Numbered from the stretch's first letter, positions 24,992 through 35,872 are shown. The stretch is DNA of 64,000 nucleotides from Anaerolineae bacterium (GCA_050049355.1 JASFWK010000002.1:3412-67411), one strand, 5' to 3'. Program-made: numbers and translations. Notes: a model not told the origin generated them from the letters alone.

Positions 24992-27520
24992 CTAGAACAG
25001 ATCGTCATCATAGAGGTCATCCAACTCGTCGCCCGCGCCAGGGAGATGGCCGTACTGTTGGAGAAACTGCTGAATCAGCTCACTCTCCCGCTTGGTGTAC
25101 ATTGGGTCCGCTTCCCAGGTGAAGAAGCAAGCGTCCTCGTTGGCAAGATGACCTTCCAGGTCTCCCCGCAGATTCATCGTGCCGGCGATATGGAAGACCT
25201 CCTTGGCCGCGTTCAGAAGCTGGTAGACCCCCTCAACCGCAGGCACCCGCGCTGCGTGCTCGGCGTCGAGCGGCAGCCAGTCTTCCGGCGGATGGGGATT
25301 GGCACCAAGTTGCAGCCGCAGATCACATTGGAGACAGCGCTCGGCTTCGGCCATGGCTGCTTCCTCAGTAAGTCCAAGCTCGACGAGGTTGAAGCCACTC
25401 CGCTCGGTCAGGGGCAGCGCGGGCATCGCCGCCCGGGGCAGCTCACCGAACCCTTCGATACGACCCAGGCGCGATGCTGGCGTCTCCAGTGTGACCAGCG
25501 ACCGCACCAGATCGCCATCGCCGCCCAGGTGCCGATCCACTGCTTCGGCCGCCCGTCGCCCCGAAGCGACCGCGTGCACAACAGACAGATCCCCACCCGC
25601 CACGTCCCCTGCCGCGAAGATCCCCGGAAGCGCCGTCACGCCTGTCTCGGGATCAGGCTCCAATCGCCTGCCATTGAGGAAGCCGAGGTCCGCCGCCTGT
25701 CCGATGGCGAAGATGGCAGTATCAGCCTCCAGCACGGTCGTGGCCGACTCGTCGAAGGTCGGGCTGAAGCGGCCTGCGGCATCGAAGACCGATAGGCAGC
25801 GCACCAGTTCGATCCCACCCACTTGGCCATCGCCGAGGATGCGTTGGGGTCCCCACAAGGGATGAACCGCCACACCCTCCTCAACTGCCATGGCGATCTC
25901 TCGCTCGTAGGCGGGCATCTCGTGGCGAGCTTCCAGGCAGACAAGCTGCACATCCGTCGCTCCCAGTCGCCGCGCTGTCAGAGCCACGTCCATCGCCACC
26001 CCTCCGCCGCCGACGACGGCGATGCGCTGGCCGATGGCCGGTGGGCGGCCAGTGTTGACTGCCCGCAGAAACTCCAACCCCCACAGCACACCGTCGAGCT
26101 CCGCACCCGGCACCTCAAGCTTGCTGCTCAACTGCAACCCAACCGCTACCACCACGGCATCGCAGTCGGCGCGCAACTCCTCGAAGGCTATGTCCCTGCC
26201 CACGCGAGTGTCGGTCCGCAGCTCGATGCCGTGGCCCAGGATGTCGCTCACCTCCTGCCGTAGTACGTCCCGGGGCAGACGGAAAGCGGGAATGCCGTAG
26301 CGCAGCATGCCCCCTGGCTCCTCCTCCGCCTCGAAGAGAGTGACTGCGTGTCCCTTGAGGGCCAGGCAGAAGGCCGCTGTCAGCCCCGCGGGCCCGGCGC
26401 CGACGACGCCGACTCGCCTCCCAGTGGGCGGATCGGCCTGCAATCGTTCGTGCCAGAGGCCATCATCCCGCTCGCCAGCACACCGCTTGATGGCCGCGAT
26501 GGAGACAGCGGTATTCACTTCTCCCCGACGGCAGACATCCTCGCACGGGTGGAAGCAGACGTGGCCCAGCACGGCCGGAAAGGGTGCACGCTCGCGCACC
26601 ACCGCGGCCGCCTCGGCGTACCGGCCTTGGCCCACCAATCGCACATAGCGGGGCACGTCCGTAGCAGCCGGGCAGGCCGCCCGACAGGGTACCAACGCTG
26701 CGTCCCGCTCGCCCTGCTTGTAGCTGCCGACGGTTCCGTCTGGACGCCTGTCCATCAGCGCCCCAGTAGGGCAGACCTCCACGCAGGCGGTGCAGAACCG
26801 ACACGCCGCCTGGCTGAGGGAGGGAGCCACCGTACCGACGACGATTTCACCATCAGGGGCATACACGAAGCTCAGCGCGTCCACGCCCCGCAGCTCTCCG
26901 CACGCCCTCACGCACCTCAGGCAGCCGATGCACAGATCGTAGTCGCGGACGAACAAGGGCTCCTCGTCCAGCAGCGGGTAGCCGGCGGGTACATACCGGG
27001 GGATGTCCTCTCGGACGCCCACGTACTCAGCGACCCTCTGCAGCTCACAGTTACCCAACAAGGGACAACACCGCTCGGGCTCCGGCACATTGGCTGAACA
27101 CTGGGTGCGGCTGCACCCCTCCCGCTGAGCGCAGGTAAGACAGGCATGCGGGTGATGGACCAAGAAAGGCACGAGGTTGTCTCGCCGCTGCGCCTGCAGT
27201 TCCGACGTATTGGTGTAGACAGCCATCCCCTGCTCAACAGGCGTGTCGCAGGCCCTGGCAAACTCTGACCAACCCTCGATCTCCACGATGCACAGTTGGC
27301 AGCCCTCGAACTCCTGGTCACGGCCATCACTGTCGAAGCGCTGCTCTCCCCGATAGACCGTATCAGCCGGCCGCAGTCCGGCTGCCGTTGGCAGGTCGGG
27401 GTGATAGCAGAGGCGGGGAATGTAGATGCCCGCAGCCTGCGCCGCTTCCAGGAGAGTGGTTCCTGCTTCGATCCGAATCTCCCGGTCGTCTATGGTCAGG
27501 CTAACAGTATCATCAGACAT
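24992..27520 (-). CDS. multidomain ferredoxin-reducing flavo-iron-sulfur oxidoreductase (domains: 2Fe-2S, NuoG-type 4Fe-4S, 2x[4Fe-4S], GltD-like NAD(P)H/FAD, unusual C-terminal domain)
   Basis: 842 aa with the following regions. (1) N-terminal NuoG/FdhA-like 2Fe-2S (RLCYH...GCQLCIVEIEG...ACDTPV). (2) HPHACLTC...GNCELQ. (3) CIGCLRCVRAC and CRFCTACVEVCP. (4) GltD-type CRAACPA...CFHPCEDVC and VGVVGAGPAGLTAA...GGM, VVGGGGVAMD, FAAGD. It sits directly downstream of the BCR ferredoxin, where Azoarcus-type clusters carry ferredoxin-regenerating genes. Confidence 0.8.
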   Translation of the reverse strand: MSDDTVSLTIDDREIRIEAGTTLLEAAQAAGIYIPRLCYHPDLPTAAGLRPADTVYRGEQRFDSDGRDQEFEGCQLCIVEIEGWSEFARACDTPVEQGMAVYTNTSELQAQRRDNLVPFLVHHPHACLTCAQREGCSRTQCSANVPEPERCCPLLGNCELQRVAEYVGVREDIPRYVPAGYPLLDEEPLFVRDYDLCIGCLRCVRACGELRGVDALSFVYAPDGEIVVGTVAPSLSQAACRFCTACVEVCPTGALMDRRPDGTVGSYKQGERDAALVPCRAACPAATDVPRYVRLVGQGRYAEAAAVVRERAPFPAVLGHVCFHPCEDVCRRGEVNTAVSIAAIKRCAGERDDGLWHERLQADPPTGRRVGVVGAGPAGLTAAFCLALKGHAVTLFEAEEEPGGMLRYGIPAFRLPRDVLRQEVSDILGHGIELRTDTRVGRDIAFEELRADCDAVVVAVGLQLSSKLEVPGAELDGVLWGLEFLRAVNTGRPPAIGQRIAVVGGGGVAMDVALTARRLGATDVQLVCLEARHEMPAYEREIAMAVEEGVAVHPLWGPQRILGDGQVGGIELVRCLSVFDAAGRFSPTFDESATTVLEADTAIFAIGQAADLGFLNGRRLEPDPETGVTALPGIFAAGDVAGGDLSVVHAVASGRRAAEAVDRHLGGDGDLVRSLVTLETPASRLGRIEGFGELPRAAMPALPLTERSGFNLVELGLTEEAAMAEAERCLQCDLRLQLGANPHPPEDWLPLDAEHAARVPAVEGVYQLLNAAKEVFHIAGTMNLRGDLEGHLANEDACFFTWEADPMYTKRESELIQQFLQQYGHLPGAGDELDDLYDDDLF

Positions 27521-27545
27521 CGGGTGTCAGTAACGCGTCACCTAC

Positions 27546-27839
27546 CTACCATGAATGCGTAATCGCCTGCGGTTCGCAGGCGACCACGCAGGGCAGAGGC
27601 GGCCGATCAGCCACTGGCTTGCACGGCCCGCAGTCGTACTTGATGCTCTTTCGGTGCTCGCTCTTCACCCCAACCGTCAGTTCCTCAGACAGGGGGTCGA
27701 ACTCGTCCTCCACCAGCTCGAACAGGCCGGCCGGGCAGGCCTCAACGCAATCCCCACAGCCGGTACATAACTCCGTGTCTATCCGGATGTACCAATCGCC
27801 CGACCCATCGGTGTAGCCGTAGTTGGCCAGATAGCCCAT
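27546..27839 (-). CDS. 2x[4Fe-4S]-type ferredoxin (BzdM/Fdx-like electron donor position)
   Basis: 97 aa with a canonical CTGCGDCVEACP plus a second atypical set CGPC...CVVACEP. Starts 3 nt after the last BCR ATPase gene. Confidence 0.8.
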   Translation of the reverse strand: MGYLANYGYTDGSGDWYIRIDTELCTGCGDCVEACPAGLFELVEDEFDPLSEELTVGVKSEHRKSIKYDCGPCKPVADRPPLPCVVACEPQAITHSW

Positions 27840-27842
27840 ATT

Positions 27843-28724
27843 TCACTTCCCACGCCGCTGTTTCAGTAAGAGCGCCCGAGCGAAGAGTGCAGCGCCGATG
27901 CCACCCGCGATCTGGGGATCGTACTCCGTCGCCAGCGGCTCGACACCCAGCTCCCGCTTGAGCCGAGTGACAATGCCCGTGTTCTTAGAGATACCGCCGG
28001 TGATGGCGAAGTCCTCCTCCATGCCGATGCGCTCCAGCAGATTGACTACCCGGTGGGCCATCGCTGCGTGATAGGCAGCCAACACCTTCGCCTTGGGCCA
28101 ACCCTCCCTCAGCAGTCCAACGGCCTCCGACTTGGCGAACACGACGCAGGTGCTGCTGACCATCGGCGGCTCCTCCTCGACGTCGAGCGACATCTCCCCC
28201 ATCTCTCCGATAGGCACCGAAAGTAGGTCGGCGAAGACCTCCATGCCCCGCCCGGTGCCAGCAGCACACTTGTCGTTCATCAGGAAGGCAGTTACCTTGC
28301 CTCGCTCATCGCAGTGGATCGCCTTGCAGTCCTGGCCACCCATGTCGAGCACTGTGCGCACCGTCGGGCCGTAGATGAAATTCGCCCCTCGGGCGTGGCA
28401 GGCGATCTCGGTGATCGCCCGTTGAGCGAAGGGCACGTTGACCCGCCCGTAGCCGGTGCCAACGCAGTACTGGATGTCATCCAACGTCAGCTCTGTGTCC
28501 TCCAGCGCCCAGTCCATCGCGTTGCGTGCGCTGTCTGGGCTATCCGATCCGGTGCGCATACTGGCGTAGGCGTACAGTTTACCATCGCCCATAATGACTG
28601 CCTGCGTGCTGACCGAACCTACGTCCACGCCGGCCGTGATGGTGTCAGCATCCTTGGGATCAATCTCTTGATCTCGCCAGTTGTACTCCGTCCAGCGCCA
28701 GAACTCCTTCTTTTCGTCCGCCAT
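27843..28724 (-). CDS. bzdQ: benzoyl-CoA reductase (class I, Bzd-type) ATPase subunit, BcrA/BcrD-BadF/BadG family
   Basis: 293 aa with ASKHA motifs GVDVGSVSTQAV, DMGGQDCK, NDKCAAGTG, STCVVF and ITGGIS. Fourth gene of an N-O-P-Q ordered set. The alpha versus delta assignment cannot be made by eye. Confidence 0.75.
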   Translation of the reverse strand: MADEKKEFWRWTEYNWRDQEIDPKDADTITAGVDVGSVSTQAVIMGDGKLYAYASMRTGSDSPDSARNAMDWALEDTELTLDDIQYCVGTGYGRVNVPFAQRAITEIACHARGANFIYGPTVRTVLDMGGQDCKAIHCDERGKVTAFLMNDKCAAGTGRGMEVFADLLSVPIGEMGEMSLDVEEEPPMVSSTCVVFAKSEAVGLLREGWPKAKVLAAYHAAMAHRVVNLLERIGMEEDFAITGGISKNTGIVTRLKRELGVEPLATEYDPQIAGGIGAALFARALLLKQRRGK

Positions 28725-28735
28725 TCTTGCTCCTT

Positions 28736-29533
28736 TCAGTCACCGGCCGCGACCAGTGCCGCTCCTACCGCGCTCACGTATTCCGGATCCTCAAGAACGA
28801 CGATCTCTGTCTCCAGATTCCGCCTGAGGGCCTCGACGAAGCCGATATTGCGGGCGACACCGCCGATGAGGACCACATCGGCCCCAATCCCCACCCGCCG
28901 CACCATCGAGCCAATGCGGCTGGCAATGGCATCGTGAACTGCACGCACGATGTCCTCTTTGGGTGTCTTGGCATGGATGAGTGAGACCACCTCCGATTCA
29001 GCGAACACGGCACACTGGGCGTTCATGGGCACCGCATTCTGCGATTCCAGCGACAGGGCTCCCATCTCCTCAAGTGGGACCTCGAGAGCGCGGGACATGG
29101 CCTCGGTGAAGGCCCCGGCTCCTGCGGCGCACTTCTCATTTACAGCGAAATCTATGACCACTCCTTGCTCGCCACAGCGGATACCACGGCCCTCCTCCGC
29201 CCCCACGTCAATGACCGTCCGCGCGGTGGGCAAGAAGAACCTGGCACCCACGGCTGCGGCTTTCACGTCGGAGATATCGTAGTCTGCAAGGGCGATAGCC
29301 TTGGCCCCTGCCCCGGTTGTCACAGCGCGTTCAACGGCCTCCTGCTCCAGCCGGGCCGCCGCCAACGCCTCGGCAAGAGCACGCTCGGCCGCCTCCTGCT
29401 GATCGAATCCGGTCAGCACCTGACTGCTGCGGCCCAGAATCCGACCGTTGTCCATGATGACGGCCTTGGTCGTCTTGGCCCCTACGTCAATGCCTGCGGT
29501 AATCACGGTTCTGGCTCTCCTTTCACAATCCAT
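28736..29533 (-). CDS. bzdP: benzoyl-CoA reductase (class I, Bzd-type) ATPase subunit, BcrA/BcrD-BadF/BadG family
   Basis: 265 aa with motifs GIDVGAKTTKAV, DVGAEEGR, NEKCAAGAG, AQCAVF and LIGGVA. Both ATPase subunits are small (about 30 kDa), as in Azoarcus/Bzd-type rather than Thauera-type enzymes. Confidence 0.75.
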   Translation of the reverse strand: MDCERRARTVITAGIDVGAKTTKAVIMDNGRILGRSSQVLTGFDQQEAAERALAEALAAARLEQEAVERAVTTGAGAKAIALADYDISDVKAAAVGARFFLPTARTVIDVGAEEGRGIRCGEQGVVIDFAVNEKCAAGAGAFTEAMSRALEVPLEEMGALSLESQNAVPMNAQCAVFAESEVVSLIHAKTPKEDIVRAVHDAIASRIGSMVRRVGIGADVVLIGGVARNIGFVEALRRNLETEIVVLEDPEYVSAVGAALVAAGD

Positions 29534-29577
29534 AGCCTGGCAGGATGGTCAATGGGCTCACTGCGTCAATCTGCCAG

Positions 29578-30888
29578 CTATTCACCTACCAGGTTGTCCA
29601 GCCCCAGCCGCTCCATGAAAGCGTCAATGCGGGTGATTGTGCGTGCCTCATCAAACTCACGGGCGTCCCCCATGTTGCCCTCAAAGGTCATCACCGGGAT
29701 CCCCCGTTCGATGAGTCCCAGCCGGTTCTCGGCGATGTGCACGCTCAGCCCCTCGCAGCCCCGGTTGTAGTGCAGCAAGACCCCATCTAGTTTCCAGGCA
29801 TCATAGATGTGGGCCATCATCTGCGTCTTGAGCTGCGGGTCATAGAAGTGCTGCCACTCCGGCCGTTTCAGATTGTACTCCGCCAGAGCGCGCAGCGCCT
29901 CATCCCGGGTGTGAATCTCGATGCCCTGCTGCTTGAGCGTCTTGGCCGGCTTCCACCTACCGTCCTCCCAATCCCAAATGCCGAACAGACCGAAGGTGTA
30001 CAACGAGCCCACGGAGACGACGCCGAACCTTTCCATATATCGGAAGACATTGAGGAAAGCCCAGGGCGGTTGAGTGTCGGTGATGATGCGAGCTTGCTCG
30101 TTGTCTACGGCGGCGATGCCGCGATCCACGCGATCCTGCACCTCGTCCCGCAGCTCCTCGTAGAAGTCGGCCACCTCTCTCGCGTGTCGCTGGAGCGTGC
30201 CGAAGACGTAGAGTGAATACATCGTCTTCTCATCCAGCGGTGCCGGAACTGCCTGGTTCAGCATGCAAATTTCGGCCCAGGTTGAGCAGGCACGCTGCTC
30301 GTTGTGTACTGCCTCGATCAACAGCTCATCGTTGTATTCCCGACCGGTCACATCCTCCAACCACTCGATGGCCTCGTGCATCTGCGCCACCACGTAGTTC
30401 AACCGATTCTCGTTCAGCTCGCTGTATGGACCGACACTCACGTCCATACAAAAATAGGGGACGTCCTCATGCTCCGCAACCACCTGATACCACTTGCCGT
30501 GAGAGCAGCAGATGTGATCCTGGAACGCGAAGTCGGGCTCGGGGTACTCACCCCCGAAGGCATATTCGTTCAAATACATCGAGCCCCAGTAACAACGCAT
30601 GTAGGAACATAGATCCCGCGCCCAGCCCTGAGCCTCGGCCTCCTCCATGCACCGGATGGCGAAGTCTCTATCCCAGGCGATGCTGGCCGCGTACGGCTCA
30701 CCAGTGATCGGGTACACATCCTGGCCCAGCCCGGCCGGGATCGCGCCAAAGGACCAGGCTCCGCCAGTCCAACGCAGGCCTCCGCGCTCGTGAGCCTTGG
30801 CGTAGTCCTCATAGTACTTGCGCCGCATCTCCTTGGCTTTGGTCCAAGTCTTCAGTGGCTCGGTAGGATACTCATTAGCGTTTCCCAT
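29578..30888 (-). CDS. bzdO: benzoyl-CoA reductase (class I) substrate-reduction module subunit, BcrB/BadE/BzdO-like
   Basis: 436 aa HgdA/B-family protein. Its size and second position match BcrB/BzdO. Followed by two activase-type ATPases and a ferredoxin. Confidence 0.75.
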   Translation of the reverse strand: MGNANEYPTEPLKTWTKAKEMRRKYYEDYAKAHERGGLRWTGGAWSFGAIPAGLGQDVYPITGEPYAASIAWDRDFAIRCMEEAEAQGWARDLCSYMRCYWGSMYLNEYAFGGEYPEPDFAFQDHICCSHGKWYQVVAEHEDVPYFCMDVSVGPYSELNENRLNYVVAQMHEAIEWLEDVTGREYNDELLIEAVHNEQRACSTWAEICMLNQAVPAPLDEKTMYSLYVFGTLQRHAREVADFYEELRDEVQDRVDRGIAAVDNEQARIITDTQPPWAFLNVFRYMERFGVVSVGSLYTFGLFGIWDWEDGRWKPAKTLKQQGIEIHTRDEALRALAEYNLKRPEWQHFYDPQLKTQMMAHIYDAWKLDGVLLHYNRGCEGLSVHIAENRLGLIERGIPVMTFEGNMGDAREFDEARTITRIDAFMERLGLDNLVGE

Positions 30889-30929
30889 GTCGCAGCCTCC
30901 AATTCGAGCTTCTAGCTTCCGGCCAGTTT

Positions 30930-32093
30930 CTAGAACAAGTCCTCGTCAAACAGGTCTTCTTCACGGATCATCTCAAGGAACGCCTCGACTCGGGTCTGGA
31001 ACTGCCCGACTGGCACTGTAACATCAAACTCAAGAAACAACGTCTTGAGGCCCTTCTCCTCGAAGGCAGAGGCCAGTGGCGGGATGTCCAGTTCGTGGGG
31101 GTCGCAGAACTTCTGCTGGACGAGGATTGCCCCGTCCACCTGGTACTCCTCGGCCAGATCCAGGATGAACGGGAAGCGGTTCCGTGCAGGCCAGTCCTTG
31201 CTGGGACAGGGAGGGCGGTCCACATAGCGCGCCGCGACGGCCAGCAGTCGATCCATGTCGTAGCGATCTACCGGCTCGACCTCGTTCCAGAAGTAGCGGC
31301 TGCCCGTGCAGTGGTCGTCAATGACGAAGGTCGCCCCTAGCGACTCCACCATTCTGATGAACTCAGTGTCGTCATCCTCGCTGCCCAGGATCATTAGTCG
31401 CTCGCCCGTCTCGCGCTCGTTGGCGCGCTCGGGCAGCTTGCTCAGGACGCGCTGCACCTCAGCGCTGTGCTCCCGCTTGTCGGTCACCTGACTGGAGATG
31501 ACCATGTGCATTGCATCCAGACCGGTCAGCGGCGGGTCGTCCGCTTTCCGCATCTCGTAGACTTGGCGCATGAGCCGGCGGTTTTCATCCATGATCTCAA
31601 TGCCGCGATCGAGATCGGCGTCGGTGATCTCCTGCCCCACCCATTCCTCAACTGCCTCCTTGAAGGTCGCCAGTTCCCCGGCCAGATAGGGCTTGGCAGC
31701 CGCGGTCTGGATGTTGTTAGGCATGTAGAGATAGTAGTCAAACTCCCGAGGCAGGTGCTTGCGCCAGGCGTTGAAGCTCTGGCGGATGTGCAAGCACGAT
31801 TGGGAGATCATGATGCCATCCAGGTAGTCGTAGCGTCCCTTGAGACCCTGGCTCAGGCAGTCGCGACAGAAAGGACAGAACATGCCGAAGATGTAGGGTT
31901 CGGTCAGATCCAGAGGTTCGTGGCTGCCCAAGATGCGCACTGGCAGCACACCAGCAGCACAAAGGATCTCCTCCGGGACGTAGGTGCAGAAGTAGCCAAG
32001 TACCTTGCCGCCTGTTCGGGCCTTCCACTCCTCTGCATATTCGTGACGGTTCTCAAACCAGTTCTGGAATTGCTGAAACATAACGGTCTCCAA
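30930..32093 (-). CDS. bzdN: benzoyl-CoA reductase (class I) substrate-reduction module subunit, BcrC/BadD/BzdN-like
   Basis: 387 aa HgdA/B-family protein ([32 protein letters not shown]). Its size and first position match BcrC/BzdN. Confidence 0.75.
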   Translation of the reverse strand: METVMFQQFQNWFENRHEYAEEWKARTGGKVLGYFCTYVPEEILCAAGVLPVRILGSHEPLDLTEPYIFGMFCPFCRDCLSQGLKGRYDYLDGIMISQSCLHIRQSFNAWRKHLPREFDYYLYMPNNIQTAAAKPYLAGELATFKEAVEEWVGQEITDADLDRGIEIMDENRRLMRQVYEMRKADDPPLTGLDAMHMVISSQVTDKREHSAEVQRVLSKLPERANERETGERLMILGSEDDDTEFIRMVESLGATFVIDDHCTGSRYFWNEVEPVDRYDMDRLLAVAARYVDRPPCPSKDWPARNRFPFILDLAEEYQVDGAILVQQKFCDPHELDIPPLASAFEEKGLKTLFLEFDVTVPVGQFQTRVEAFLEMIREEDLFDEDLF

Positions 32094-32179
32094 TCGCTAG
32101 ACGGTATTGGGTGCTCTGCAAACGGTAGTCAGCGGGCAGACACCGGACTGCTCATCCGTGCCCTACTCTCTGCCGATCA

Positions 32180-32953
32180 TCAGCGGTTCTTCCACTCGGG
32201 CGTCCGTTTCTCGAGGAATGCCTCCAACCCCTCGTGGGCGTCCTCGGTTGCCATCAACGGGCCGAGGTAGAGTTCCTCGACGGCCGCCAACCCCTCCCCA
32301 AAACGCGCGGCACTGCCCACGCGCACGGCCTGCTTGGCCAAGCGCAGTACAGCACCGCTCAGGTTGGTCAGCTTGCCTACCAAGTCGTCGGCGGCTGCCC
32401 TCAGCTCCTCCCGCGGGACGATCCTGTTGGCCAATCCCAGTCGCTCTGCCTCGGCAGCCCGGATGCGGTCGCCGATCAACACCATCTCCATCGCCTTCTT
32501 CAGTCCAACCATCCCCGGCAGCGCTACTGCTGCGACGGGCGGGAACACGCCCACCTGGATCTCCGGCTGGCCGAAGCTCGCCTTCTCCGAGGCGATGACC
32601 AGGTCACAGAAGAGCGCTAGCTCGCACCCGCCGCCCAGCGCCGCGCCGTCCACCACCGCCACCGTCGGCACGTCCAGTCCGTCGAGCAGGTGGAAGATGC
32701 GGTGGAAGACCTCGATCATCTCGTCCACCTTATCGGCGGTGTGATCGGTGACGTCCACACCAGCGCAGAACGCCTTGCTCCCCTCAGCAGCCTCGAAGAC
32801 CAGCACCTTGAGCGATGGGTCGTCGTCTAGCCCCTCCAACGCGCTGTTGATCTCCCGCATCATCGCGATATCGAGTACGTTGAGTGGTGGCTTGTTCAGT
32901 GTCAGCCGCGCAGCGCCGTCACGTTTCTCGAAAGCGATATACTTGAACTCCAT
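32180..32953 (-). CDS. dch: enoyl-CoA hydratase (crotonase), probable cyclohexa-1,5-diene-1-carbonyl-CoA hydratase
   Basis: About 257 aa from the ATG at 32953 (GGAGGGGA RBS), with crotonase blocks NKPPLNVL, FCAGVDV and VDGAALGGGCELALFCD. Lies immediately upstream of the BCR genes. The longer track ORF would overlap the SDR gene. The specific function is inferred from context. Confidence 0.65.
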   Translation of the reverse strand: MEFKYIAFEKRDGAARLTLNKPPLNVLDIAMMREINSALEGLDDDPSLKVLVFEAAEGSKAFCAGVDVTDHTADKVDEMIEVFHRIFHLLDGLDVPTVAVVDGAALGGGCELALFCDLVIASEKASFGQPEIQVGVFPPVAAVALPGMVGLKKAMEMVLIGDRIRAAEAERLGLANRIVPREELRAAADDLVGKLTNLSGAVLRLAKQAVRVGSAARFGEGLAAVEELYLGPLMATEDAHEGLEAFLEKRTPEWKNR

Positions 32954-33005
32954 AGCGAAATCCCCTCCAGTTCCCATCGCGGTGGTGTTCGCCGCTCGCA
33001 GCTCG

Positions 33006-33749
33006 CTAGATGTACTGTCCCCCATCCACCTGAATAACCTGCCCGGTGATGTGCCGGGCCTTCTCGGTACAGAGGAAAGTGACAACCCAGGCCACCTCCT
33101 CCGGTGTTCCCAGCCGTCCCAACACGATCTCTGCCAGGGCCCTCTCGCGCACCTTCTCGGGCGCTGCCTGCACCATTTCCGTCTCGATCAGGCCCGGAGC
33201 GACCGCGTTGACGTTGATGTTGTACCGACCCAGTTCGCGGGCGCAGGCTTTGGTAAACCCGATGACCCCTGCCTTGGCCGCGGAGTAGTTGGTCTGACCG
33301 AACTTACCGCGCAAACCGTTGATGGAGGTAATGTTGACGATCTTGCCAGATCCCTGCTCCCGCAGAATGGGGGTGACGGCGCGCGTGTAGTTGAAAGCGC
33401 CCTTCAAGTCCACCTCGATCACCCGATCCCACTGCTCCTCAGCCATCTTCCACACCACGCCGTCCCAGTTCAGACCCGCGTTGTTGATCAGGATATCTAC
33501 CCGGCCGAACTGATCCAGCACTCTCTCCACCATCTGCTGAGCGTCATCGAAGTCAGAGACGTCAGCCTGGACAGCCAGGCTGCGACGGCCCATACCCTGG
33601 ATGATCTGGGTGAGGTCCACTGCCAGCTCGGCGCTCTTGCGATAGCTGAAGGCCACGTCGGCACCGTTGGCGGTCAGGTCGAGCGCGATCGCCCGGCCGA
33701 TACCCCGGGTGCCACCGGTGACTATGGCAACTTTGCCTTCCAGTTCCAT
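33006..33749 (-). CDS. short-chain dehydrogenase/reductase (FabG-like 3-oxo/3-hydroxyacyl reductase)
   Basis: About 247 aa from the ATG at 33749 (GGAGGTGGAG RBS), with [12 protein letters not shown] and YSAAKAG catalytic motifs. Confidence 0.85.
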   Translation of the reverse strand: MELEGKVAIVTGGTRGIGRAIALDLTANGADVAFSYRKSAELAVDLTQIIQGMGRRSLAVQADVSDFDDAQQMVERVLDQFGRVDILINNAGLNWDGVVWKMAEEQWDRVIEVDLKGAFNYTRAVTPILREQGSGKIVNITSINGLRGKFGQTNYSAAKAGVIGFTKACARELGRYNINVNAVAPGLIETEMVQAAPEKVRERALAEIVLGRLGTPEEVAWVVTFLCTEKARHITGQVIQVDGGQYI

Positions 33750-33762
33750 CTCCACCTCCGAG

Positions 33763-35010
33763 TCAAGCCGGACGTTCGACGATAGTCGTACACCCCTGCC
33801 CGATGCCAACACACAGGGTCACCAGGCCGTGCTGCACACGTTCCCCTGCCGCTGCCCGCCGCCGGATCTCGTGCAGCAGCGTAACCATCAACCGGGCGCC
33901 GGTGCAGCCAAGCGGGTGGCCCAGAGCAATGGCTCCTCCGTTGACGTTCGTCTTGGCCGGATCGAGCCCCAGTTCCTTGATACAGGCCAACGCCTGGACA
34001 GCAAACGCCTCGTTCAGCTCAATCAGATCCATGTCATCAATGGTCAGCCCTGCCCGCTGCAGCGCCCTGCGGGTGGCCGGAACGGGGCCGTAGCCCATCG
34101 TGCGGGGGTTCACGCCAGCGATGGCCGAACCCACCCAGCGAGCGAGGGGCTCAATGCCCAACTCCGCTGCCTTCTCCTCCGACATCAGAATCACGGCTGC
34201 AGCGCCGTCGTTGATGCCGCTGGCGTTGCCGGCGGTCACCGTGCCGCCTGCACGAAAGGCAGGACGGAGGTTGGCCAGCTTCTCGGCGCTGGTGGTCAGG
34301 CGCACATTGCCGTCAGGGTCGATCTCAATGCGGGGATGCTCGTCAGTGTCCACCACCAACGGCGGCCCCCTGCGTTGGGGAACGGGCACCGGCACAATCT
34401 CGTCCTCGAAGCGCCCGGCCTCGATGGCCGCCGCCGCCCGACGCTGGCTCTCCAGCGCGAAGGCATCCTGCTCCTCGCGGCTGATACCGGTTTCCTCGTA
34501 GATATTCTCCGCTGTCTCACCCATGCCCTCCAGCGGGATGACCTGCTCCATCTTCGGGTTCGGGTAGCGCCAACCGATGGTCGTATCGTACATGGTGACG
34601 TCACCCCAGGGGAAAGCGCGGGTCGCCTTCGGAACCGACCACGGCGCCCGGCTCATGCTTTCCACACCACCAGCCACGAAGACGTCCCCCTCCCCACATT
34701 TGATGGCACGAGCGGCCTGGTTGATCGCCTCCAGTCCCGAGGCGCACAACCGATTCACTGTGACTCCGCCGGTGCTGAAAGGCAGCCCAGCCAGCAAGAC
34801 CACCATACGAGCCACATTGCGGTTGTCCTCCCCTGCCTGATTGGTGCAGCCCAGATAGAGGTCTTCAATCAAATCGGGCTCAATTCCCGCCCGAGCCACG
34901 ACCTCCCTGACAATCAACGCCGCCAGATCATCAGGCCGCACCGCAGCCAACGCCCCGCCATGCCGGCCCACCGGAGTTCGCAGCGCCGCAACGATAACCG
35001 CCTCTCGCAT
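33763..35010 (-). CDS. acetyl-CoA C-acetyl/acyltransferase (thiolase II type)
   Basis: 415 aa with [47 protein letters not shown] and CVGIGQG signatures. Confidence 0.9.
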   Translation of the reverse strand: MREAVIVAALRTPVGRHGGALAAVRPDDLAALIVREVVARAGIEPDLIEDLYLGCTNQAGEDNRNVARMVVLLAGLPFSTGGVTVNRLCASGLEAINQAARAIKCGEGDVFVAGGVESMSRAPWSVPKATRAFPWGDVTMYDTTIGWRYPNPKMEQVIPLEGMGETAENIYEETGISREEQDAFALESQRRAAAAIEAGRFEDEIVPVPVPQRRGPPLVVDTDEHPRIEIDPDGNVRLTTSAEKLANLRPAFRAGGTVTAGNASGINDGAAAVILMSEEKAAELGIEPLARWVGSAIAGVNPRTMGYGPVPATRRALQRAGLTIDDMDLIELNEAFAVQALACIKELGLDPAKTNVNGGAIALGHPLGCTGARLMVTLLHEIRRRAAAGERVQHGLVTLCVGIGQGCTTIVERPA

Positions 35011-35044
35011 CTTGCCTCCTTGAGCTGATCAGACACCCCGTTGG

Positions 35045-35872
35045 CTACCCAGGGGCTTTAGCCATCACCGAGTCCACAAAGGCTTCTGCTGGCTCGACCA
35101 GCAAGTCGTGGTACTGCTGGAATAGCTGAGTTGCTCTCTCACCCAGCCAATCGTCCGGAAGCAGTTCCAGCGGCAGATTCGGATCCACGTAGGGAGAGGA
35201 GCGATACTCGTGGATGAGCTTGAAACGCTGGACAAAGCACTCCTGTGGCTCCAGGCTGTCGCCAGCCATCAATCGAGCCTGATGTTCCTGAAACGGAGGA
35301 TCATAGCGGGCAATGAGATCGGCGTAGTAGTCATTGAGCCGCTCCAGATTCCAGCAGCGCGCCACGATCTCCTCGTCACTGGCAAAACCCCGGTGTTCTG
35401 CGGTGAAGAACTCCACAAAGGGACGGACGTGCAGAGCATCCACTACCTTCCCTACCTCGGCTCGCAGGTCCCGCGGAGAGATCCAGGTTGCGTGGTTCAA
35501 AGTACCAAAGCCAAGCCAGAGCAACCGCTTGCGCAGCTTGCGCCGCAAGTGACGCTTGGACTCGGGAATCGAGTAAGTGATTAGGTGCCATTGCCCGTCC
35601 CAGGGGTCACTACGGGGCTGGAAGATGCGCCGTGCACCTTCCTCCAGCAACTCGACGCATTTGGGGGTCATGGAATAGAAGCTGTAGCGGCCAGCCCTGC
35701 GGCTCTCCAGCCAGCCTTTGCGGGACATACGCGAGAGGGTAGAGCGGACAGCCTGTTCCGACAGACCAAAGAGACCCAGCAACTCAATCAAGCTGCCAGT
35801 CCAGATCTCTCCACCTCGGTGACGGATGTAGTCTCCGTACAAGGTGAAAACCATGTCTTGTGAGTGAGACAT
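35045..35872 (-). CDS. paaX: PaaX-family transcriptional regulator
   Basis: 275 aa with an N-terminal winged-helix segment (LIELLGLFGLSEQAVRSTLSRMSRKGWLESRR.GR...Y) and a C-terminal PaaX_C-like region. It is the first gene of the minus-strand array. Confidence 0.8.
   Translation of the reverse strand: MSHSQDMVFTLYGDYIRHRGGEIWTGSLIELLGLFGLSEQAVRSTLSRMSRKGWLESRRAGRYSFYSMTPKCVELLEEGARRIFQPRSDPWDGQWHLITYSIPESKRHLRRKLRKRLLWLGFGTLNHATWISPRDLRAEVGKVVDALHVRPFVEFFTAEHRGFASDEEIVARCWNLERLNDYYADLIARYDPPFQEHQARLMAGDSLEPQECFVQRFKLIHEYRSSPYVDPNLPLELLPDDWLGERATQLFQQYHDLLVEPAEAFVDSVMAKAPG

Noticed and set aside
32954-33085. The upstream 44 codons of the dch-like ORF and the upstream 21 codons of the SDR ORF (33750-33812).
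   Set aside because: The extensions overlap the preceding genes and lack RBSs. Internal ATGs with strong GGAGG-type RBSs give canonical crotonase and SDR N-termini.
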